Shown in pieces: positions 10,285 through 18,014 of a stretch of DNA of 51,684 nt. How positions within the stretch are numbered: the first letter of the stretch is position 1; every line of letters begins with the position of its first letter. Where the stretch lies: the sequence record SRR31156797_8840; one strand, 5' to 3'. The position numbers were made by a program, and so were the translations under genes. The notes below the pieces were generated by a model. That model ran no database searches. It was not told the DNA's origin and was given only the letters and a program-made list of their open reading frames with translations.

Positions 10285-11092
10285 TATTTATCTTTTTAAG
10301 TTGTAAAAATTTCTGTTTAAAACGGTTGTATTTAATGCCGGGGTTAATCATAACCAGGCCCATACAATATTTGCTGAAATTATTCGGCAAGATATAATTA
10401 TTCCTGAAAATGCGCTCGATGTCCGAAAAACCTGATGTCTTGCTTTGTTTAATCTCAGCAACACTCATCAAAGGCATACCGGCTTGTCTGTCAGTCATAG
10501 TGTAGGAAAGATTCAAATCGAGGGTCACCCTTTCCGGCTTGTTCTTGTGAACCAGTGTAATCCGTTCAAAATTATTATGCAAAGCCGGGTAAAGTATTTG
10601 AGAGCGATAGGGCGTTATTTTTTTAATAAACTTCTTTTCATTTTTACAAAATGCCGCATGCCGGTTTGTAATCCTGATGCGTTTTTTTCGGGTCCGTCCT
10701 TTATTTGATTTGAGCTTGATTTCCAGGAACACATCCCCTGAATTCAAATATTCTCTTTTCCTGACCTTGTACCTGTTCAACTTTTGATTATGATGATCGT
10801 GATACATTGCAAAACCCATGGTATCATAATACATGGAGGCATACGCCATGATTCTTTCATTTTGTATTTCAAGGATCCGGTAATGCCTGCTTGCTGCAGA
10901 TAATACAGTTTGAAGTTTATCAATTGAAAAGGGAAATTTCTTATCAAATCTGTCCATGAGTTTTACCTGATCCATCTCCTCGAGGGAAATGGATTCGAAT
11001 GCCGGTATAACTTCACGAGCCAGATCGACCGCTGAGCTAGGCTCCGGCGTTAGCAAACTTGCTGTATTTCTGTGTGTTTGTTCGCGATTCAT
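10253..11092 (-). CDS. VTC-domain (polyphosphate polymerase, TTM/CYTH fold) protein
   Basis: ISLEEM..VKLM.R.D.KF, YYDT, RYKVRKREY, FLEIKLK, ERVTLD, EIKQ, FSKYC; start taken as ATG 11092, TTG 11116 also possible. Confidence 0.9.
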   Translation of the reverse strand: MNREQTHRNTASLLTPEPSSAVDLAREVIPAFESISLEEMDQVKLMDRFDKKFPFSIDKLQTVLSAASRHYRILEIQNERIMAYASMYYDTMGFAMYHDHHNQKLNRYKVRKREYLNSGDVFLEIKLKSNKGRTRKKRIRITNRHAAFCKNEKKFIKKITPYRSQILYPALHNNFERITLVHKNKPERVTLDLNLSYTMTDRQAGMPLMSVAEIKQSKTSGFSDIERIFRNNYILPNNFSKYCMGLVMINPGIKYNRFKQKFLQLKKINNDSGYAPFYH

Positions 11093-11270
11093 GGTTGACA
11101 GATCAGAAGCGGACAAAAGTAAAGAAATATTTTTATCAGATGCTAACTCCGAAACTTCACAGCGGACAAACTACCAGCCGGGTCGGGCTACCCAGGCCGG
11201 CAGCTTAAAGCGGGCAGAGGGCAAGCAACACCACTTTACATTTTCCGGGACATAGGTGCCCCAAAAAGAC
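11045..11270 (-). ncRNA. putative structured RNA / cis-regulatory leader (unrecognised family)
   Basis: 16-bp hairpin with three G-U pairs on the minus strand (11168-11206), a second hairpin (11242-11267), a long-range helix 11045-11055/11141-11151, and repeated UUUGUCCGCU. Confidence 0.45.
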
Positions 11271-11275
11271 TAACG

Positions 11276-11956
11276 CTAAACAGGTGTTTGGTGTGAATAG
11301 AAACTGTGTTTGAGGGGTAGTTTGAAAACCACGGGTTTAAACAGATTTAGGGTCCGGAACAGGAATGGCCGGAAATATCTTTGTATACCTTCTGATACAT
11401 GATCACCAATTATAAAACGATCAACCTGAAATGCTTTATCAGCAAAGCCAATCTTAAAATTAAAACCGGGAATGAAAGGGGCAGAAGCCTGTCGGCTGAA
11501 ACGGCTCTTCAGAATATTTAATCCTGTTTTCGTGATTTGTGGATGCATAGCATTTTCCTCATTGGTAATCACGAGTAATTCCACTTCTTCATCCATCATA
11601 AAAAAATCATCCATAAAAATGAAGAAAGCTTCTGCTGTGGCAAACATGACATCTCTGGTATGATTCATTATTCGGCCAAGACCGGTAGCAGCGTTACCGA
11701 TCAAATATTTTAGGGTTTTCAGGATAAACGCAACCACAACGTTTCTGAACAAAAGTTTGATAATTGTTTTCCAGGGAAATTGATTTGCAATTTTGGTACA
11801 TTTTGCTTTGAAGCTGTTGTGGCCAAAATTCCAATCCAGGCCCAGCCTCTGCTGACCTGCTGAAATCGTGTTTGCCAGGAAATGTGTGCAAGGCTCAAAA
11901 GGTTGCTTCCTGGAAATTCCCATCGTCTTTAGGGTGTTTAACTGTGCATTAATCAT
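11276..11956 (-). CDS. hypothetical protein (226 aa, FMDD motif)
   Basis: Uninterrupted ATG-started ORF filling the gap; opposite-strand frames are short or look like antisense shadows; upstream TATATTTG promoter. Confidence 0.65.
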   Translation of the reverse strand: MINAQLNTLKTMGISRKQPFEPCTHFLANTISAGQQRLGLDWNFGHNSFKAKCTKIANQFPWKTIIKLLFRNVVVAFILKTLKYLIGNAATGLGRIMNHTRDVMFATAEAFFIFMDDFFMMDEEVELLVITNEENAMHPQITKTGLNILKSRFSRQASAPFIPGFNFKIGFADKAFQVDRFIIGDHVSEGIQRYFRPFLFRTLNLFKPVVFKLPLKHSFYSHQTPV

Positions 11957-11978
11957 GGTAGATGTTTTTCATAGTTAT

Positions 11979-12203
11979 ACTTAAGGTAATTGAATTTTCT
12001 TAACTTAAACAATCAATTATTTCTGGATAATCATGCTGCAAATATACATCGTAAACAATTTTTAAATGTTAATTATCAACGTTTTATGTGTTTAATTTTT
12101 ACCTTAACCAGCTTAATTAACTTTGTTAAATACGGACTTAATAATCTTAAGTTATATTAATTTAATCATTGAAAATTTGGATAATTACCTTAAGTTATAT
12201 TAA
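11979..12203. promoter_or_regulatory. divergent promoter region with repeated CTTAAG-centred sites
   Basis: 13-bp IR 11979-11991/12183-12195; 15-bp DR 12146-12160/12189-12203; TAnnTTTG on minus (12039-12046) and plus (12118-12125). Confidence 0.6.
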
Positions 12204-12296
12204 CTTTACGGCTCATATTTGCCACCCGGATCAGTGCAGGGCATCACCTCATTTTTTACAATTGCTTTTTTAACCAGGAAAATACGTTCAGGAATC

Positions 12297-13448
12297 ATGC
12301 TTGCTGAATTCTCATTTTTAAGGCATCCACTCGAAAAAATCTTGCGCTTTGGCCGGCAACTTGTGCCGGGCGTCGATCGTATTGATGCCTTTTTTTATGA
12401 TGAAAAAAGCAAGAGCCTTGTGGCCAGGACGTTGAACAGTGATATGGAGGACCAGCCTTATGGTAAAATTATGGATCTCAATGCAATAAAAGCTGAGGTT
12501 GAAAAACTTCGTAGGAAACGCTCACATTTTGAGTGGTTTACATTTGAAGAATTGCCCTGGAGTGGGTCAAAACATGAAAATGTTAACCGGGATATGCTCC
12601 ATCTGCTGGAGTGTTTCATTTTGATGGTTCCAGTGTCAAGTGCTGAAAAAGAAGGCTACAACGACCTGATCTTTTTCTACTTTAATAAGAACCTGAGCAA
12701 CCTGATGATGACTTCAGATATCACTGTTTCGGTGCATCAAAAAGACCTTGTTGCCAAGGTTTACAAAAATGCCATTTCGGCAATGTTGGCAGCATCACAT
12801 GAAGATCGAGAAGTGTGGGATGATTTTGCGCCGTCATTTTTAAACAACAACCAGACCATCGAAAAATTAAGGACAGAGCTGCACCAAATGCGTAAAATGT
12901 ACCAGGAGCGTTTAATTGCTTCCTGCCACTTTTACCTGGCCAATCTTTCGGTACAATATGGCCGTAATTATGAGTTTACAAAGGATGCTCTTGAACTTAT
13001 CAAAACATACGAAGGTGAATATTTCAGGCTGGAAAATGCCATAAAATCCGGCGTGCGGATCGCCAACAATCTTCACATGTACGATGATCGGGAGGTGATC
13101 AGGATCAGCGAATCCTACCTGAATTTTAATACTTCAAAGCGCATCGAAGAAATCAATGATGCTCACCTGCAAAGTGAACTTGAAAAGCCATTCAATTATT
13201 TAAACACCCTTGAAGAAATTTGCCTCAGGTTACAGGCTGAAAACCGCCCTACTACAGGTAAAAATGTTGCCGAACAAATGGATCCTCCGGTTAAGCCCCC
13301 TTCCATTACGATGTACCTGAACAGCAACCAGCAAAAAATCCTGAAGCTGTTTAGCTTCTATTCGGAGAAATGGAAGATCCTGAGAACGGGTTTTAAACCT
13401 ACCTATAATCTGCTTGAAAATGCCCGAAACCGGCCTCATCGCGTGTAA
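12297..13448 (+). CDS. hypothetical regulator-like protein (possible GAF-like domain, coiled coil, AAA+ lid-like segment, C-terminal HTH-like segment)
   Basis: ATG 12297 preferred over TTG 12219; FTKDALELIKTY..LENAI resembles an EBP lid; TGKNVAEQM..PPSIT resembles an HTH. Confidence 0.6.
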   Translation: MLAEFSFLRHPLEKILRFGRQLVPGVDRIDAFFYDEKSKSLVARTLNSDMEDQPYGKIMDLNAIKAEVEKLRRKRSHFEWFTFEELPWSGSKHENVNRDMLHLLECFILMVPVSSAEKEGYNDLIFFYFNKNLSNLMMTSDITVSVHQKDLVAKVYKNAISAMLAASHEDREVWDDFAPSFLNNNQTIEKLRTELHQMRKMYQERLIASCHFYLANLSVQYGRNYEFTKDALELIKTYEGEYFRLENAIKSGVRIANNLHMYDDREVIRISESYLNFNTSKRIEEINDAHLQSELEKPFNYLNTLEEICLRLQAENRPTTGKNVAEQMDPPVKPPSITMYLNSNQQKILKLFSFYSEKWKILRTGFKPTYNLLENARNRPHRV

Positions 13449-13472
13449 GATAATTTTTAGTTTATTTGATGC

Positions 13473-14339
13473 ATGAACCGCAATTCCAATCTGTATACAG
13501 GAAAATACATTTCAGTAGATGGCCGGTTAATCCGGGGCCAGGACTTTGATTGGGAAGGTATTGGAAATACCCGATCCGCGTACGAAGTTTTGCGCGTAAT
13601 GAAGGGCAAACCACTTTTCCTAGAAGATCATTTGAAAAGACTTGAAGAATCCATGAAATTCTTAAACCTTACCTCAAGCATCTCACGTCGGGAGATAGCC
13701 TTAAAAATTCTAGAACTCAGCCTCAGAAATTCTATTTCCACGGGAAACGTAAAACTGATTTATTCCAGAGGAATAACAAAAACTACTAATGATCAACCCA
13801 AATTGCTGATCGCGTTTGTCCCACATAAATATCCATCAGCAGAGGAGACCAACGCAGGAATCACCATGAAAACCCTCCAATTGGAGCGGCCAAACCCCAA
13901 TGCCAAGGTCATCCATCAAACCATCAACGATAAAGTCAACCGATTGAAAGCACAGTCGGGCTTTGATGAAATCCTGCTGGTAAATCATGATGGCATAATG
14001 ACAGAAGGAAGCAAGTCGAATATTTTTTTCATTCAGCACAACAACATCTTCACTGCCGGGATAAGTTTGGTTTTGGCAGGCATTACCCGGAAAAAGGTAA
14101 TTGATCTTTGTTTTGAGCATGGTTTTGAGTTGAGAGAAGGTAAACCATCAGTGGATATTTTGGGAAATATAAAAGGTGCTTTCATTACCGGGACGTCTCC
14201 AAAAGTGATGCCTGTCAGGCAAATCGACAATTACACATTCAGCACCAATAGTAGCCTAATCAAGCAATTACGCAAGTTATATGATGAGAAAATTGATGAT
14301 TACCTGAAAAAATTCAGCATCGATAATCCAACAGGTTAA
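13473..14339 (+). CDS. class IV PLP-dependent aminotransferase (BCAT/ADC lyase family)
   Basis: YEVLR, HLKRL, EGSKSNIF, LAGITR, FITGT motifs. Confidence 0.9.
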   Translation: MNRNSNLYTGKYISVDGRLIRGQDFDWEGIGNTRSAYEVLRVMKGKPLFLEDHLKRLEESMKFLNLTSSISRREIALKILELSLRNSISTGNVKLIYSRGITKTTNDQPKLLIAFVPHKYPSAEETNAGITMKTLQLERPNPNAKVIHQTINDKVNRLKAQSGFDEILLVNHDGIMTEGSKSNIFFIQHNNIFTAGISLVLAGITRKKVIDLCFEHGFELREGKPSVDILGNIKGAFITGTSPKVMPVRQIDNYTFSTNSSLIKQLRKLYDEKIDDYLKKFSIDNPTG

Positions 14340-14344
14340 TCAAT

Positions 14345-14740
14345 CTAACTTTCTATCCGGCCTATGGTTCCTGAAATAATCCGTAACTCAAATTCTTTTT
14401 CAGGCTTTGGGTCTTCGGCATTCTTGTCGTAGTAGATCATACGCAAAATGGCATTACCGGCGCTGATTGTTTTAAAGGTAAACGTGTAGGTTGCAATTGT
14501 ACTACCCGACTCATCAGCCAGCTTTATTTCCGGTTCACCAATTTGCTCAAAAACTTTGTGGTTTTTACCTACCACCCGCCATTCATAGCCTGGTTCACCG
14601 CTACCCTCAAGTTGCACCCTGAACTCTGAATTTAGGGCAAATTCCATGGTTTTGCCATCATCATCCCCGGTAATAATATTGCTGCATGAAGAAATCATTA
14701 ATGGAAGGATCAATAAAAATCTTAAATAGTATTTTTTCAT
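14345..14740 (-). CDS. chagasin-family (I42) protease inhibitor lipoprotein
   Basis: Lipobox MISSC; L.G...PGYEW and YTFTFK...G.A.L.M.Y chagasin-like pattern. Confidence 0.7.
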   Translation of the reverse strand: MKKYYLRFLLILPLMISSCSNIITGDDDGKTMEFALNSEFRVQLEGSGEPGYEWRVVGKNHKVFEQIGEPEIKLADESGSTIATYTFTFKTISAGNAILRMIYYDKNAEDPKPEKEFELRIISGTIGRIES

Positions 14741-14855
14741 TTTTACAATTGGATGAGTGATTATCATTTTCATGCTAAATTAAATGTTTTGGATGAGTTG
14801 GAGAAAATACCTGAGGTTTAATTAAATTAGCTGTTCAAAATTTAAAGACCGAATC

Positions 14856-17021
14856 ATGTTCAGAACCATTGTTTACAGAATAGGCATCCTTTGTGGTTTA
14901 TTTTGGATAACCTTTATTCAGGCACAGCCGCTGCAAATTAATGATGACTTTTTGAAGCTAAACGCTGAAGCCGACGATCCGCTTTACACAACATACGCAG
15001 CTTCGATGGAGCGATCCAGGTTGTATGGAGACAAGGCTTACAAAATGGATTATTACTCCTGCAATCAGCCGCTGAGCTATACGAGTGATCAGGCCGGAAG
15101 AATGTTTACCATATGGAAAATCGATAAAGTTGTAGTTGATAAAATGAGTGAATTTCATCAACGGCCGGTAGTTACAGCTTCTTTTCCGGATATGGCCATT
15201 CTGGAATACCAGCCATGGCCGGGGATTCAGATACAGGAAACCTTTATGGTTTACAGTTCCAAAACTGCTTTGGTCAGCATGTGGGTGACCAACAAGAGTG
15301 AAAAACCTCATGAAGTGGTCATTTATCCCGTATTGACACTTGATGAAGATTCCCTGCAAATTATTGATTACGATCGCAATTCCAATGTTTACACCACCCA
15401 CAGGTACGAATCACGGAAACGGCTCATCAGTAATCTATATGCCAATGCCCCCTATCCCACCCACGTCCGGGATTTTTTTGCCGGAAATTTCAAACCTTTT
15501 TCTCATGGTGGATTTCGTGGAACCATGGACGATTTTTACAATATCATTAAAACCGATTTTTATTCCGATGACCGCTCTGATTCCCTGAACCTCGCCACAG
15601 AAGGCCTGGTCAGGTTTGTCGCGCTTCATGGTAAGGTGAAACTTGATCCGGGTGAATCCGTTGAGCTTAGGTATTTCAGAGGTATTCAGGATCAACAGGA
15701 AAATCCGGAAGATTTAAAACAGGAAATCGAAACCTTAAAATCAGCATCACTTCAATTATTTGTAGATAAGAACACTGAACTTTTTAAATCCGTTCCCAGA
15801 ATTAGTTTTGAGAATGACAGTGAGCAATTGGCCTACCTGGGCGCCTTTAACCTTGCCAGGGGTTGCATGCTACCGCCTGCAGGAGAAACATCGCACAACT
15901 TTTATGTATTCTCAAGGAACCCGCTTTGGGGCTGGGGCCATGGCCACCAGGTATTGCACGAATCGCTAAGTATGCTGGCTTATGCCCATCTCGATCCGGA
16001 ATCAACCCGGGAATCGCAACGCGTTTTTATGGAGCAGCAGGGTGATGACGGACTTATTGCGTATCGCCATGGACCACGTGGGGAACAATCTTATCCGCAC
16101 AAAGGAAAGCCAACAACCTCTGCCCCATTCTATAATTGGATTAACCTTGAAATTGTAAAAGTGAATAATGATGATAAATTTTTGCAGGAGGCCTACGAAT
16201 CAGGGTCAAAATATGTGGAATGGCTGTATGAAAACCGTGATGTTGACCAGGATGGAACTTTTGAGTGGGGGCCTTACGGCATCATCGAGAATGTGCGCGA
16301 CTGGTACAACGCAGTGTTCCAGGTTTCTAAAGAAAGGTACCTGGATGTGGATAAAGAAGATATTTCGGATGAACTGGAATGCCTTGACCTGAGTCTCATG
16401 GTGGTAAAGGAGTTGCGCAGTTTGTCAGAAATGGCCATTCTACTCGAAAAGCCCAAAACAGCAAAAAAGTGGAAAAAGCGTGCTGATGAACTGTCTGAAA
16501 AAATCAATGCACTGATGTGGGACGAGGAAACCGGATTCTACTATCATGTGAACCGCGATGATCATTCCTGGTTTTATATGACCCGAGACTTGCGCAGACA
16601 GGAAATCATAGGGTTTTTACCCATGTGGGCAGAAGCCTGTTCTCCCGAACGTGCCGAAATCCTGGTAAAAACCCTCACCAACCCTGACAAGTTCTGGAGG
16701 AAGTATGGCGTTCCTACCCTGGCAGCTGATGATGAATGGTACACCCCATATGTTGACTATTGCTGCAAGTGGAACGGCCCGGTTTGGCTGCTATGGAATT
16801 ACATGGTTTTCGACGGACTGGTAAATTATGGCTATGATGAACTCGCACTGGAACTTGGCGATAAAATGCTGCTGGCAGTTACTACGCAGTTGTCAAAAAA
16901 TCACAATTACTGGGAATCATACAGCCCGGACAATGAAGTTCTCAATTGCCCTCCAAACTATATCTGGGATGCGATCATTGCAAAATTACTGATCAGGGTG
17001 GACAAGATCAGCAAACAATAA
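14856..17021 (+). CDS. secreted glycoside hydrolase, GH63/MGH1-like (alpha/alpha)6 family
   Basis: Signal peptide; INALMWDEETGFYY, YGVPTLA, WNGPVW, WESYSP C-terminal motifs. Confidence 0.8.
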   Translation: MFRTIVYRIGILCGLFWITFIQAQPLQINDDFLKLNAEADDPLYTTYAASMERSRLYGDKAYKMDYYSCNQPLSYTSDQAGRMFTIWKIDKVVVDKMSEFHQRPVVTASFPDMAILEYQPWPGIQIQETFMVYSSKTALVSMWVTNKSEKPHEVVIYPVLTLDEDSLQIIDYDRNSNVYTTHRYESRKRLISNLYANAPYPTHVRDFFAGNFKPFSHGGFRGTMDDFYNIIKTDFYSDDRSDSLNLATEGLVRFVALHGKVKLDPGESVELRYFRGIQDQQENPEDLKQEIETLKSASLQLFVDKNTELFKSVPRISFENDSEQLAYLGAFNLARGCMLPPAGETSHNFYVFSRNPLWGWGHGHQVLHESLSMLAYAHLDPESTRESQRVFMEQQGDDGLIAYRHGPRGEQSYPHKGKPTTSAPFYNWINLEIVKVNNDDKFLQEAYESGSKYVEWLYENRDVDQDGTFEWGPYGIIENVRDWYNAVFQVSKERYLDVDKEDISDELECLDLSLMVVKELRSLSEMAILLEKPKTAKKWKKRADELSEKINALMWDEETGFYYHVNRDDHSWFYMTRDLRRQEIIGFLPMWAEACSPERAEILVKTLTNPDKFWRKYGVPTLAADDEWYTPYVDYCCKWNGPVWLLWNYMVFDGLVNYGYDELALELGDKMLLAVTTQLSKNHNYWESYSPDNEVLNCPPNYIWDAIIAKLLIRVDKISKQ

Positions 17022-17101
17022 AATCAATTTTTTCTTGCCGAAACATTGACGAATTATAACAAAAGAGAGATAAAAAAATATTCAGGTGGTGTGCGGCGAT
17101 A

Positions 17102-17407
17102 TTATTTCGTTCGTTCATTCCAAATTTCGGGATTTCGGCTTGTGTGAAAAATGGCCTCAACTTTAACCGTGGTGGTTTGCTCTAATACCCGAAAATGTAC
17201 AAGGTATGGAAAACTTTTTAATCCCATACACCGGACATCATCATATTTTACAGCAAAATGCAGGGCAGTTGATGAAAGCTTTTCAGTTTGGTCTTTCATA
17301 GCATCAAAAAACCTGTCACCTAAACCAGATTGTTTTTCATTATACCAGTCAACTGCCTGGACGATGTCATTATAGAAATCAGGGTTGTATTCTACACTAA
17401 ATTTCAT
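17102..17407 (-). CDS. RelE/ParE family toxin
   Basis: DI..AV.WY..K..GLG.RF, FPYLVHF, AIFHTSRNP. Confidence 0.88.
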   Translation of the reverse strand: MKFSVEYNPDFYNDIVQAVDWYNEKQSGLGDRFFDAMKDQTEKLSSTALHFAVKYDDVRCMGLKSFPYLVHFRVLEQTTTVKVEAIFHTSRNPEIWNERTK

Positions 17408-17655
17408 TTGCGGGATTCCATTTTTTCTTCGATGTCATTCCATGTCAGATAGCTGTCAGTTTTTTTTTCATATTTTTTAATCCGTTCCCGTACTATTTGT
17501 TTGTGCTCCTCAGGGATTTCAATTTCCTCAATATTTTGCTCTGACCATAAAACTTCACTTAGCTGTTGTTTCTCAGCAGGTGAAAGTTGCTTTACAATAT
17601 CTACTACCTGATTGAAACTAAGTGGTATATTTAATTGAACAAATTGTGTATCCAT
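17404..17655 (-). CDS. addiction-module antitoxin protein
   Basis: LSPAEK..L...LW, IPEEHK..VRER, TW..I; ATGA overlap with the toxin. Confidence 0.85.
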   Translation of the reverse strand: MDTQFVQLNIPLSFNQVVDIVKQLSPAEKQQLSEVLWSEQNIEEIEIPEEHKQIVRERIKKYEKKTDSYLTWNDIEEKMESRK

Positions 17656-17763
17656 AATTTTAAAATTTTAAGGTCGAACATGTTGTTGTTTCCTATTCAA
17701 TGCATTGCGAAACTACACACAAAAAAGAGTAAGTATTCCAATCATTTTGGTGTTTCTTATTTG

Positions 17764-17771
17764 CAAATTTA
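17764..17771 (-). promoter_or_regulatory. Bacteroidota -7 promoter element of the TA operon
   Basis: TAAATTTG about 110 nt upstream of the antitoxin. Confidence 0.45.
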
Positions 17772-18014
17772 GTCAATTACAATTTGTGAAATATGAGACC
17801 TACCTTATTCAAGAAATTTGACAGCTCAACGCAGCTTCGTGATGTCGATTAATGTTTGTTTAAAAGGTTTTCGAATTGGCATTTTTGATTATAGATGTTG
17901 TTTATAAAACGCTCATAACCAACAAGTCTGCGAAGGGTTGATTTGAATTGTATTTCTGATCCATATCAATCGCAGGATGAAGTGAAATGTACTTGATGCT
18001 TAACTAAGAATCAG

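Noticed and set aside
11108-11218. 10-bp repeats at about 50-bp spacing resembling a mini CRISPR array
   Set aside because: The repeats are far too short, there are only 2-3 copies, and there are no cas genes.
11117-11278. The 226-aa ORF and the VTC gene are in the same frame, separated only by three TAG codons (11278, 11272, 11173), suggesting amber readthrough or fusion
   Set aside because: Two extra stops in 53 codons is about chance expectation, TAG ends several ordinary genes here, and no pyl or suppressor machinery is visible.
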